From Alistipes sp. (GTDB lineage: Bacteria > Bacteroidota > Bacteroidia > Bacteroidales > Rikenellaceae): a DNA stretch of 64,000 nt. The DNA lies in the NCBI GenBank assembly GCA_045658845.1, contig JAZOVT010000093.1, positions 33,040 to 97,039 of the forward strand, written 5' to 3'. The notes beneath the pieces were generated by a model, which worked only from the letters and a program-made list of their open reading frames with translations, was not told the DNA's origin and searched no databases. Shown here piece after piece: positions 29,812 through 39,212 of the stretch; within the stretch, counting starts at the first letter, position 1, and each line of letters begins with the position of its first letter. Position numbers and translations under genes: made by a program.

Positions 29812-30597
29812 ATGAGATTTATATTATTTATATACTCTGTTTTAATGACGGTGTTAGCAGTCGATTGTTTCGCCCAAAACGACGTAAAGCAAACGACCGA
29901 CACATTGAGCATTGCAGAAAAAATCCGCCATAGGGGTATCACCAACACCGCAAATATCTTCGTTCCGCGAGGATTGTGGATAACAGGATTACCACCATCT
30001 TATTCTCACCACCTAAATCATAATTCTAGTATTGCCATAATCGAGGGAGTCCAATCCGAAGGTTATACATTTCGCGTAAGCCCAATGATAGCATACGCTA
30101 TAAAAGATAATATGGCTTTAGGTGTACGAGGAGCCTACTCTCGCAACAATCTAACTATTGATGGTGCAGGTCTTAAGTTTGGCGACGACGAGACAGGTAC
30201 CGAGATTGCTATCGAAAACTATAAAGCCGTAAGACACTCTTATACCGTATCGGCTATATGGCGACAATACATACCCCTCGGCAAAAGCAAACGTTTCGCT
30301 ATATTTAACGAAATATCGCTTGGTGCAGGAGGCTCTCAAGCCATTTTCGCAGCCGACGAGCCGATTAGAGGAACATACGAAAAAGGATATAACATATCAT
30401 TAGGCGTTTCGCCTGGCCTTATGGCATTTGCCACCAACGATGTTGCCATCGAGGTAAACGTAGGAGTTATGGGAATTAACTTCAGTGAAGTAAAGCAGGT
30501 GCATAATCAGGTTAGCACAGGCAATCGACGCCATAGCAATATGAATTTCAAAGTAAATTTGCTATCTATTGGATTAGGCGTATCCTTTTATTTATAA
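29812..30597 (+). CDS. Outer-membrane beta-barrel protein
   Basis: Signal peptide, alternating amphipathic strands, C-terminal GLGVSFYL. Confidence 0.75.
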   Translation: MRFILFIYSVLMTVLAVDCFAQNDVKQTTDTLSIAEKIRHRGITNTANIFVPRGLWITGLPPSYSHHLNHNSSIAIIEGVQSEGYTFRVSPMIAYAIKDNMALGVRGAYSRNNLTIDGAGLKFGDDETGTEIAIENYKAVRHSYTVSAIWRQYIPLGKSKRFAIFNEISLGAGGSQAIFAADEPIRGTYEKGYNISLGVSPGLMAFATNDVAIEVNVGVMGINFSEVKQVHNQVSTGNRRHSNMNFKVNLLSIGLGVSFYL

Positions 30598-30606
30598 CGA
30601 ACGACA

Positions 30607-31422
30607 ATGAAACAACGAATAATTCACATATTACTACTATCCATAGCACTTATATCTGCTAATTTAGAGTATAGTTATGCCCAAGAACTAAAGTTCAAGG
30701 GTAAGAATATGCGACGCCTTGACCGTGAGATTAATTCGGGCTCAGTATTCGGCTACAAAGGCGAATGGATGATGGGACTCACCGCTTCGTACGGAACATT
30801 ATCGAGCGAAGATTCTCAATTTTGGGTATTTCTCGACAACATAAATGCCGAAGGCGCTATAACTACTATTAAACCATTCTTCGGTTATTTCTATCGAGAT
30901 AACCGAGCCATAGGACTTCGTCTGGGATATCAATATATGAATGGTGATTTAGGGAGTATGGGGCTCAATCTGGGAGAAAAGAACGACATATCACTCAACC
31001 TTGAAGGGATACAATTCTTAAGTGATAGTTATTCTGTCTCCGCATTCCACCGCTCTTATTTTGCGATAGACAGCAAAGGGCAATTTGGAGTTTTTGCCGA
31101 GATTGAAGGTGCTGCACAATTCGGCTCAAGCGATTTTATCAACAACACAGGCGAAGAGCCCAAATTCACAAAGAGCGACAATATAAAATTAGATTTGAGT
31201 TTTAATCCAGGTGTTGCCATTTATGTATTTCCGTCGGTATGTGCTACGGTATCAATCGGATTGGGCGGTATTAAATATACTCATACCACACAATATGATA
31301 GCGAAGGTGTAGAGACTGGTTCTCGCAGTGCCTCAAAGATGCAATTCCGCATAAATCTGGCAGATATTAATTTCGGAATGGTTGTTCATCTATGGAATAA
31401 AAAGAAATTCTCACATAAATAG
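30607..31422 (+). CDS. Outer-membrane beta-barrel protein, paralog of the upstream gene
   Basis: GEWMMGLTASY, KPFFGYFYRDN, FNPGVAIY, INFGMVVHLW align with the upstream barrel. Confidence 0.75.
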   Translation: MKQRIIHILLLSIALISANLEYSYAQELKFKGKNMRRLDREINSGSVFGYKGEWMMGLTASYGTLSSEDSQFWVFLDNINAEGAITTIKPFFGYFYRDNRAIGLRLGYQYMNGDLGSMGLNLGEKNDISLNLEGIQFLSDSYSVSAFHRSYFAIDSKGQFGVFAEIEGAAQFGSSDFINNTGEEPKFTKSDNIKLDLSFNPGVAIYVFPSVCATVSIGLGGIKYTHTTQYDSEGVETGSRSASKMQFRINLADINFGMVVHLWNKKKFSHK

Positions 31423-31473
31423 TATATTGCACAACTCATTAACAAGGCATTACGGTAATATTACTAAATAAAC

Positions 31474-31507
31474 ATATCCCCAACCTAATAATTTCGGTTG
31501 GGGATAT
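31474..31507. terminator. Bidirectional terminator
   Basis: ATATCCCCAACC / GGTTGGGGATAT stem between convergent genes. Confidence 0.85.
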
Positions 31508-31533
31508 TTATTATATTGATTGAGCAATATTCT

Positions 31534-31983
31534 CTACAACAAAATCTTAAAGATACACTTCTTTACGTGGCCTTCGCCGAGCATAGGGGCGTGACCATCT
31601 TCGGGGTAGAGAATCGAGAACTGACCCTCACCAACAGAGTAGAAACACTGTGGCTCGTCGGTAAAGAACTGCACATCCTTCTGCTCATCGAACTCGGCCT
31701 CGGGCTTCAGGCAATCCTTCTTCTCGCTCCAGCCAAACTCCTCGGCTGGGCCCTTAAGCAAGAGTTGAATATCAATATATTTGCGATGCAATTCCAAGCG
31801 AGCCTCGCTACGAGCCTTCAAATCCAACTCCTGAACATTAACGAAGATATTATCGCCATCAATATCGTGGCGTCCACACTCCAATGCAGCCACATCATTA
31901 TTGTCAATAAAGTCAAACACCTGCTTAAAGCGAGGATGAAGAGCAGCATACTGCTCCTTGTTCTTCAATGAATCTAAAATCAT
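31534..31983 (-). CDS. YhcH/YjgK/YiaL family protein
   Basis: ELHRKYIDIQ, KDVQF, YPEDGHAP, KKCIFKI. Confidence 0.92.
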   Translation of the reverse strand: MILDSLKNKEQYAALHPRFKQVFDFIDNNDVAALECGRHDIDGDNIFVNVQELDLKARSEARLELHRKYIDIQLLLKGPAEEFGWSEKKDCLKPEAEFDEQKDVQFFTDEPQCFYSVGEGQFSILYPEDGHAPMLGEGHVKKCIFKILL

Positions 31984-31989
31984 AACTCT

Positions 31990-33288
31990 CTATTTTTTAT
32001 TCTTGTTTAATTTCAATCTCACTACAACGGGATAATGGTCCGAATACTCCACCTTATTATATATAGGCATAACCTCGCCCGATACGGTATCACGCTCAAC
32101 CATCATACCCGCCTGCAAAGCCTGCGATTCCGCTGGAGGCATCATCTTATTACCAAATTTACGCACCAAGAGTGTATCGCGGTTTTCACCACGGCCTACA
32201 ACCTTCTCCTCTACGCCCCAAGAATCAATAACCTGATATGATATAGGCGTAAACTCCTCACTACACATCACATAATCAATTCGCAACATATCGAAAAAGC
32301 CACGATAGGTATGAGAAAAGCCTCGCCCAACCTCTCTAAACGCATCATTCAAATCGCGCGTCATCTTATGGATGGTATAAGATACAGGGGTATCGTTAAA
32401 ATCACCACATACGATTGCAGGATAAGGCGATGCTGCTACCATCTTCACCAAAGTATCGACCTGCGCGGCCCTCACAATATTATTCTCGGTCAAGCGGTCT
32501 ATCATACTCAACACCTCGTTTTCGGGTGTCTCATCCTCCCAATATTGGTGTTCCTCGAGATAGACACCATCCTCCTTGCGGATTGCGGTGGAGTGAAGAT
32601 GATTATTGAATACTCTTATCGTATCATCTCGCAAAGCAATATCGGCCCACACGAAGTTTTTCATCGTATCGATTCGTTGAGCCTTAATTATCGGATAACG
32701 GCTATAAATCATAGGGCTCAAATTGGCTCTCGACAAAGTATGCGGTATAGGTCGCAACTTCAACTCCTGCATCAGCGAATCGGCCAAACCGCTAAAACCC
32801 ATCTCCTGAAAGCAGACAATATCGGGATTTATGCTACGAATAATCTGCACAACAGAGTCCAACCTATTTACGCCGTTATCATCAATAAAACTTCGCGTAT
32901 TATAGGTCATAATCTTTATCTCGCCACGCTCTGCGGCAGGTTCGCCATAACTACGACGCAACTCTATCCTATAGAATGACGACACACTAAACAACCCTAT
33001 CAAGGTCATCAATATCATCACTACAGACATCAGAAGTCTCCAGCGAGCAATCCAATACAACATCAACACAAGTACCGCAGTATAGGTAAACGGCGCTACC
33101 AAACCCAATGTCGATAGTTCTTGCGAGCGTTCAGGATGAATAGACGGTACAATGATGGTCATCAAAAAGAGGACAACAACGCCCAACGTAACGACCAGCA
33201 TTACCATATCAAGTAATGCTCCTAACGCCGAGCGTCCTCGTTTGCGCCCATTCTCCGAGCCGTATGTTGTTTTATAATAATCTGCCAT
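31990..33288 (-). CDS. Membrane-anchored endonuclease/exonuclease/phosphatase family protein
   Basis: TM helices, MTYN, CFQE, NHLHS, GDFNDTP, RIDY, SDHYP. Confidence 0.92.
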   Translation of the reverse strand: MADYYKTTYGSENGRKRGRSALGALLDMVMLVVTLGVVVLFLMTIIVPSIHPERSQELSTLGLVAPFTYTAVLVLMLYWIARWRLLMSVVMILMTLIGLFSVSSFYRIELRRSYGEPAAERGEIKIMTYNTRSFIDDNGVNRLDSVVQIIRSINPDIVCFQEMGFSGLADSLMQELKLRPIPHTLSRANLSPMIYSRYPIIKAQRIDTMKNFVWADIALRDDTIRVFNNHLHSTAIRKEDGVYLEEHQYWEDETPENEVLSMIDRLTENNIVRAAQVDTLVKMVAASPYPAIVCGDFNDTPVSYTIHKMTRDLNDAFREVGRGFSHTYRGFFDMLRIDYVMCSEEFTPISYQVIDSWGVEEKVVGRGENRDTLLVRKFGNKMMPPAESQALQAGMMVERDTVSGEVMPIYNKVEYSDHYPVVVRLKLNKNKK

Positions 33289-33341
33289 TATTTTTCCGCA
33301 AACACAATATCCTTCAAAAATGAATCAAGGATACAAACATC

Positions 33342-33998
33342 TTAAAAATATATCTTACGCTGCTTGCGCCACCAATAGAGCAAACCAAAGCCCCAAATCA
33401 TACCGCCAAGATGAGCGAAATGTGCCACACCTGCCTGATAGCCCGACATACCGAACAGCAATTCAAGCAATCCGTAAATCAGCACAAACCATTTTGCCTT
33501 AAGCACTACGGGCGGGAACATCAACATAATTCTGTTATTGGGATGCAACACACCAAACGCCAGCAACAAGCCAAACACGGCACCCGATGCACCAACAGTA
33601 GGTATTGCCAACAATCGTGTAGCAGCATACATACCCGCAGACTCTGCCAGATGCACATACTCGGCATAACTTACACCCAATTGTATCAACGCCGCACCAA
33701 CTCCACACACCATATAATATGTAAAGAATCTCTGCGAGCCCAATTCATACTCCAGCGTACGGCCGAACATCCACAATGCAAACATATTAAAGAATAGGTG
33801 CGAAACGCCACCGTGCAGGAACATATATGTAAAGACTTGATAACTATGGAACAACGGGCCTGCCGCATTGAATAGTGCAAATCGCTCGATTATAGCATCC
33901 CCGAATGGCAAAAGAGTCGTAGCCAACAATGCTACGCAGTTTGCAATTATCAGATTCTTGACCACAGGCGGGGTTGACGGCCTCTCTTGAAATATCAT
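33342..33998 (-). CDS. Rhomboid intramembrane serine protease
   Basis: TYMFLHGG..HLFFNM, VGASG, AHFAHLGG. Confidence 0.95.
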   Translation of the reverse strand: MIFQERPSTPPVVKNLIIANCVALLATTLLPFGDAIIERFALFNAAGPLFHSYQVFTYMFLHGGVSHLFFNMFALWMFGRTLEYELGSQRFFTYYMVCGVGAALIQLGVSYAEYVHLAESAGMYAATRLLAIPTVGASGAVFGLLLAFGVLHPNNRIMLMFPPVVLKAKWFVLIYGLLELLFGMSGYQAGVAHFAHLGGMIWGFGLLYWWRKQRKIYF

Positions 33999-34019
33999 AA
34001 TTCGTAATCTATTATCTGT

Positions 34020-36089
34020 TTAACTCAACTTATTTTTTAACTCTTGTTGTGTCATCTCGCTCATAATCACTTTACCCGATGGCGTAAAGGTATAATTCTC
34101 GCATTCACACAACTGTCGTAACAAGAACTCGGCATCCTCACGCAGTACACTTCGGCCCATCGACCTACTGCCACGAACTGCCATCACACGCACCATATCT
34201 TCACGCATTTTATCTACTGCACTACCCGATTGAGCCACCTCTCGCAACAAATCATACAACAATCTATCGGCCTCGTCACCAACGCTCGATGATGGCACTC
34301 CTCGCAACTCAACGTGTCCTGCTCCCAACAACTCAATATCGAAACCGAGTGCTACAAACTCCACCAAATGCTCCTCCAAGAGTTGATAATCATCCTCCGA
34401 CAATGTCAAAGCCTCGGGGAATAGCAATTTTTGCGATGCGCAACCACCTCGGCCCATCGAACTGATGTAACTATCATATAATACACGCTCCTTGGCTCTG
34501 CGCAAATCCACAATCATCAAACGGCCTTGCGACGTAGCAATAGCATATCCGTTACCCGCAATCATCACATCCTCGAACGTCATCGTCATCTGATGTGGCA
34601 ACACTTGCTGTACTGTCGTTTGTTCATCAACAAATTCCAAACGACTCTCCTCCTCTTCTGGTAACATACCGATAAGGCTTGAGGCCACATCACGATAACC
34701 TACAGCCACATCTTCAATAGGTTGTGGAGGCACATCCAGGCCAAATTCGGCCGCTGATGGCATATCGGCCCACGCCACATCTCTTAAGCGCGGAATATCA
34801 CTATCCTCATTGCCGAAAGTCGGTCCCGACAGATTACGGCCAATTGATGAGGCCACCTCTCGCATAGGTTTCGAACTCGATAAAGTTGATGCAGTTGCAA
34901 TATCCTCAAGTGGCACATCATCCACGATTGCATTCTCATCAAAATCTGAAGACGGCTCCGAAGCGTAATCCTCTCTAAAAGGGTTATACTCTTGATTCGT
35001 TACCGAACGTGGCTCGACATATACCGTAGGAGAAGGTGTTGCACCCAAAACAGGTATATCAATCGACACCTGATTATCAAAATCTATCTGTGCTACGTTT
35101 CCACTCTTGGCCAACGTACTACGCACCGCCGCGTGAATAATCTGATTAACATCCTCGGCATCAGCAAAGCGCACCTCGGTCTTGTGTGGCGACACATTGA
35201 CATCGACTCTCTCGGCATCTACTGTCAAATAGAGAAAGAACGATGGAGTACACTTTTCTGGGATAAGTTTTTCGTAGGCACGCATTATCGAACGATATAT
35301 CTGCGGTGAATGGAAATAACGACCATTGACGAACAGATACTGCTCGTTATTCAACTTCTTGGCAGCAGCAGGACGACCTACATAACCCGTAACTTTAACG
35401 ATTGATGTATCGACGGCCACCTCCAGCAAATTACTCTTTATATGACGGCCCACGACATCAATAATTCGCTCCAAAAGAGTTCCCGCTGGCAACGTAATGA
35501 TAGGCATATCGTTCGACATCAACTCGCACCTCACCTGCGGATTACACAACGCCACGCGGCGAAATTCGCGCTTGATGTTCGTTACGATTTTAGCCTTATC
35601 ACTACTAAACTTTCTACGTGCAGGGGCTGTATAAAAAAGGTTTCGCACCAAAAATTGCGAGCCTACGGGACACATTGTCGGATTCTGCGAAATGAACTCG
35701 CCTCCGTTTACTATCGTCACCGTACCCACCTCATCATTGGCCTGGCGAGTTCGCAACTCAACTTGAGCCACTGCGGCAATCGAGGCCAAAGCCTCACCAC
35801 GAAAGCCGAATGTATGCAGACGGTAAATATCTTCGAAACTCTTGATTTTACTCGTTGCGTGTCTGTCGAAGGCCATACGCGCATCCATAGGCGACATTCC
35901 GCAACCGTCGTCCACAATCTGCAACAACTCCAAACCCGCATTACGGAAATTTACAACCACCGACTTTGCCCCTGCATCAATAGCGTTCTCCATCATCTCC
36001 TTAACGACAGATGACGGACTCTCTACCACCTCACCAGCAGCAATCTGATTGGCAACAATCTCTGGAAGAAGTCTGATTTTGTTCTCCAT
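34020..36089 (-). CDS. mutL: DNA mismatch repair protein MutL
   Basis: ANQIAAGEVVE, ENAIDAG, RHATSK, GFRGEALASI, DVNVSPHKTEVRF. Confidence 0.95.
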   Translation of the reverse strand: MENKIRLLPEIVANQIAAGEVVESPSSVVKEMMENAIDAGAKSVVVNFRNAGLELLQIVDDGCGMSPMDARMAFDRHATSKIKSFEDIYRLHTFGFRGEALASIAAVAQVELRTRQANDEVGTVTIVNGGEFISQNPTMCPVGSQFLVRNLFYTAPARRKFSSDKAKIVTNIKREFRRVALCNPQVRCELMSNDMPIITLPAGTLLERIIDVVGRHIKSNLLEVAVDTSIVKVTGYVGRPAAAKKLNNEQYLFVNGRYFHSPQIYRSIMRAYEKLIPEKCTPSFFLYLTVDAERVDVNVSPHKTEVRFADAEDVNQIIHAAVRSTLAKSGNVAQIDFDNQVSIDIPVLGATPSPTVYVEPRSVTNQEYNPFREDYASEPSSDFDENAIVDDVPLEDIATASTLSSSKPMREVASSIGRNLSGPTFGNEDSDIPRLRDVAWADMPSAAEFGLDVPPQPIEDVAVGYRDVASSLIGMLPEEEESRLEFVDEQTTVQQVLPHQMTMTFEDVMIAGNGYAIATSQGRLMIVDLRRAKERVLYDSYISSMGRGGCASQKLLFPEALTLSEDDYQLLEEHLVEFVALGFDIELLGAGHVELRGVPSSSVGDEADRLLYDLLREVAQSGSAVDKMREDMVRVMAVRGSRSMGRSVLREDAEFLLRQLCECENYTFTPSGKVIMSEMTQQELKNKLS

Positions 36090-36131
36090 TATCCTTGGGG
36101 GTTGGGTTAAATAGTTCTGCAAATTATTCTT

Positions 36132-36569
36132 TTACTCGTTAATCTCTATCTCATCGCCCTCCTGATAATCATTAGGCACGATAATAATAGGTGCATAGGG
36201 GTCAAACTCCTCGACCTCACGTACCTCCTGTGTTGATGTGGCAGAATTATCGGTTGTAGCCATATCAACGATTGAGGCGATACGTGGAATAAGGATATAT
36301 ATAAATAGGAACAACAGCATCACACCTACGCCCAATGCCCACATACGCATACGATTGCCATTACCGCTGCTCTGCTCTGCCGCGCGCGACAAACGAGCAT
36401 CACGCTTGGCCTGGATATATTTTCCAGGAGTGTACTCTCCGCTATCATCCAAACGCTCTCCGCGCAACTCCTGACGACGACGCTCACGCTCCTCCTTATC
36501 GGGGTCATAATAGCGTGGTGTGTAATTAAATTTATTAGCGTGTCGCTTATATGGCGTGAATATTCCCAT
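36132..36569 (-). CDS. Conserved hypothetical single-TM protein
   Basis: FNYTPRYYDP motif plus one TM segment; in operon context. Confidence 0.7.
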   Translation of the reverse strand: MGIFTPYKRHANKFNYTPRYYDPDKEERERRRQELRGERLDDSGEYTPGKYIQAKRDARLSRAAEQSSGNGNRMRMWALGVGVMLLFLFIYILIPRIASIVDMATTDNSATSTQEVREVEEFDPYAPIIIVPNDYQEGDEIEINE

Positions 36570-36624
36570 ATCCTTAAATTGTTATATTATTATGTAACTA
36601 CTTTCTTTCGCTGATGAGGGTTCC

Positions 36625-37776
36625 CTATCTAAAAAAACTTCTCATTCGCTCAAATATATTCTGCTTATCGACGCTCTCGGCCTTCTTGAAATGTGGCTGC
36701 TCGGCCAACTTCTCTACCAACTTGCGCTCCTCGCTATTGAGTGAATCGGGGATTGTGATATCAACGACAATCATTATATCGCCACGACCATATCCGTTCA
36801 CATCGGGCAGACCCTTACCGCGCAGACGCAACACCTTACCCGCGTGAGTACCCGGTGCAATCTTAATCTTTACGCGGCCATCAATCGTAGGCACCTCAAC
36901 CTCGCCACCCAACAAACAAGTCGTTACAGGCAAATTAAGGTTATGAATCAAGTCGTTACCGTCGCGTACGAGTTCGGGATTACGCTCCTCCTCAATCATA
37001 ACGAGCAAATCACCATTCACTCCACCCTGACGAGCAGCGTTACCCTTACCTGAAACCGTTACGGCCATACCCTCGCCAACACCAGCAGGTATCTTAATCT
37101 CTACAACCTCATCGCCACGCAGAACGCCTTCACCCGAACACTTGTCGCACTTTGCTGTAATTACCTTACCCGTACCATTACAAGTCGGACATACGCCCTG
37201 CGTCTGTATGCGGCCAAAGAAGGAGTTTTCTACTCGTGTAACATAACCCGAGCCATTACAAGTCGAACAAGTCGTATAAGACGACGAGTCCTTTGCACCC
37301 GTACCGCCACACTTGTCGCAAGCGATGGTTTTGTTAATCTTCAACTTCTTGGTCGTGCCATTGGCAATCTCTTGCAAAGTGAGTTTCACCTTCACACGAA
37401 TATCACTACCGCGATTGACTCTGCGGCCACCACCTCGTGACGAAAATCCTCCGAAATGGCCACCAAATATATCGCCGAACTGCGAGAAAATATCCTCCAT
37501 TGAGAATCCGCCGCCACCAAAGCCGCCAAAGCCACCTCCTGCAGCGCCATTCATACCTGCGTGACCAAATTGGTCGTAACGGGCACGTTTCTCCTGATTC
37601 GACAATACATCATAAGCCTCGGCTGCCTCCTTAAACTTCTCTTCAGCCTCGGTATCACCCGGATTCTTGTCGGGGTGATATTTGATAGCGGCCTTGCGAT
37701 AGGCCTTCTTTATCTCATCGGCATTGGCATTGCGCTCGACGCCCAACACCTCGTAATAATCTCTCTTTTCTGCCAT
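36625..37776 (-). CDS. dnaJ: Chaperone DnaJ
   Basis: HPD J-domain, G/F region, four CxxCxGxG repeats. Confidence 0.98.
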   Translation of the reverse strand: MAEKRDYYEVLGVERNANADEIKKAYRKAAIKYHPDKNPGDTEAEEKFKEAAEAYDVLSNQEKRARYDQFGHAGMNGAAGGGFGGFGGGGFSMEDIFSQFGDIFGGHFGGFSSRGGGRRVNRGSDIRVKVKLTLQEIANGTTKKLKINKTIACDKCGGTGAKDSSSYTTCSTCNGSGYVTRVENSFFGRIQTQGVCPTCNGTGKVITAKCDKCSGEGVLRGDEVVEIKIPAGVGEGMAVTVSGKGNAARQGGVNGDLLVMIEEERNPELVRDGNDLIHNLNLPVTTCLLGGEVEVPTIDGRVKIKIAPGTHAGKVLRLRGKGLPDVNGYGRGDIMIVVDITIPDSLNSEERKLVEKLAEQPHFKKAESVDKQNIFERMRSFFR

Positions 37777-37825
37777 CTTCCTTGTATTATCCTTTCCTTA
37801 ATTTCATCCTTTCGTGGGCGAAACA

Positions 37826-38440
37826 TTACTCGCCAACAACAACTTTAGCGTAACGCAACACCTTATCGCCCAACATATAACCACGTTGTACGACATCGAT
37901 TACCTTACCCTTCATCTCCTCTCCCGCGGCAAAACGGGCTACGGCTTCGTGATAGTCGGCATTAAACTCCTCGCCTGTGGCTTTAATCTCGGTTACGTTC
38001 TTCTGCTTCAAGGCCTCCTCAAACTTCTGCAAAACGAGTTTCTCACCCTCACGCAAAGCGGCAATATCCTCGCTCTTCTCCGATGCAGCCACAGCACGGT
38101 ACATATCGTCCAAAACCGACAACATACTCTTTATTACATCGGCACCACCGCTGGCCACAAGGTCCATCTTCTCACGCAATGTACGCTTACGATAGTTATC
38201 AAACTCAGCCTGCAAACGCATATATTTATCACGCCATACAGCTATAACCTCTTCGGGGGTAGGCTCTTCAAACTGCTCCTCTGACGCAGACTCATCCTTC
38301 TCATCTGTCATTGTGTCAGCAGCCGCATTCTCCTCTGCCATATTGTCACACTGCTCGCCTTCGTTCGAGGGATTACCCTCGCCATTATGGAGGCCATCCT
38401 GCTCCTCAACTTCCTGATTAGCAACTTTTTCTTTTGTCAT
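37826..38440 (-). CDS. grpE: Nucleotide exchange factor GrpE
   Basis: RLQAEFDNYRKR, HEAV, QRGYMLGDKVLRYAKVVV. Confidence 0.97.
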   Translation of the reverse strand: MTKEKVANQEVEEQDGLHNGEGNPSNEGEQCDNMAEENAAADTMTDEKDESASEEQFEEPTPEEVIAVWRDKYMRLQAEFDNYRKRTLREKMDLVASGGADVIKSMLSVLDDMYRAVAASEKSEDIAALREGEKLVLQKFEEALKQKNVTEIKATGEEFNADYHEAVARFAAGEEMKGKVIDVVQRGYMLGDKVLRYAKVVVGE

Positions 38441-38475
38441 ATCTCTATTGTTTTATCATTTTCTACTATATATTG

Positions 38476-38492
38476 AGCAAATTATATGCCCA
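38476..38492 (-). promoter_or_regulatory. Sigma-54-type -24/-12 promoter upstream of grpE
   Basis: Minus strand TTGGCATATAATTTGCT = GG-N10-GC, about 36 bp before the grpE start. Confidence 0.7.
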
Positions 38493-38495
38493 ACC

Positions 38496-39212
38496 CTACC
38501 CTATTATAAATATAGTCGGGCGCTTGGCAATATCGGGCACGCCTCTGCATCGCCACTCTGCTACCTTGAGCGTTTGAATCACCTCGTCGGGCGATGTTAT
38601 ATCACACGCTATGGTCAAACGGCACTCCGCACCACATACAGTCAATATCTGCTCGGCCAACTTCACATTGCGATAGGGAGCCTCAATGAAAATCTGCGAC
38701 TGATGCTCTACAACGGCCTTGCGCTCCAACGTCTTAAGAGCCTTTGCTCTCTCTGGCGGCTTTACGGGCAAGTAACCATTGAAAGCAAACGACTGACCGT
38801 TCAGTCCCGATGCCATCAACGCCAACAGAATCGACGACGGGCCAACCAACGGCACAACCCTTATACCCTTACGATGTGCAGCCTCAACTACCAGAGCCCC
38901 AGGGTCGGCCACACCGGGCACACCTGCCTCCGATATAACACCAGCCGAGCGGCCCTCCATAATAGGCTTTATCATAGCCTCGACTGCCTGACCTGCAACA
39001 GTATGCTCGTTGAGTTCTACAAACTCCAAATCATCGATTCGACGTGCAATCTTTGCCTTCGACAGGAATCGTCGTGCCGAACGCACATTCTCTACAATAA
39101 AATAATCGAGCGAATCAATCACTCGCTTATTTCCCTGAGGAAGCACATCCTCAATTGCCGAAAAGTCCGAAATCGGACACGGAATCATATATAATATACC
39201 CTTTTCTGCCAT
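38496..39212 (-). CDS. RsmI-like tetrapyrrole-methylase family SAM methyltransferase
   Basis: SEAGVPGVADPG, LVGPSS, SGLNGQ, IEAPYRN. Confidence 0.88.
   Translation of the reverse strand: MAEKGILYMIPCPISDFSAIEDVLPQGNKRVIDSLDYFIVENVRSARRFLSKAKIARRIDDLEFVELNEHTVAGQAVEAMIKPIMEGRSAGVISEAGVPGVADPGALVVEAAHRKGIRVVPLVGPSSILLALMASGLNGQSFAFNGYLPVKPPERAKALKTLERKAVVEHQSQIFIEAPYRNVKLAEQILTVCGAECRLTIACDITSPDEVIQTLKVAEWRCRGVPDIAKRPTIFIIG

Noticed and set aside
20386-31507. Integrative island at tRNA-Ser
   Set aside because: No integrase, no duplicated tRNA 3' end seen at the far boundary, and the region appears to share the host's motif avoidance.
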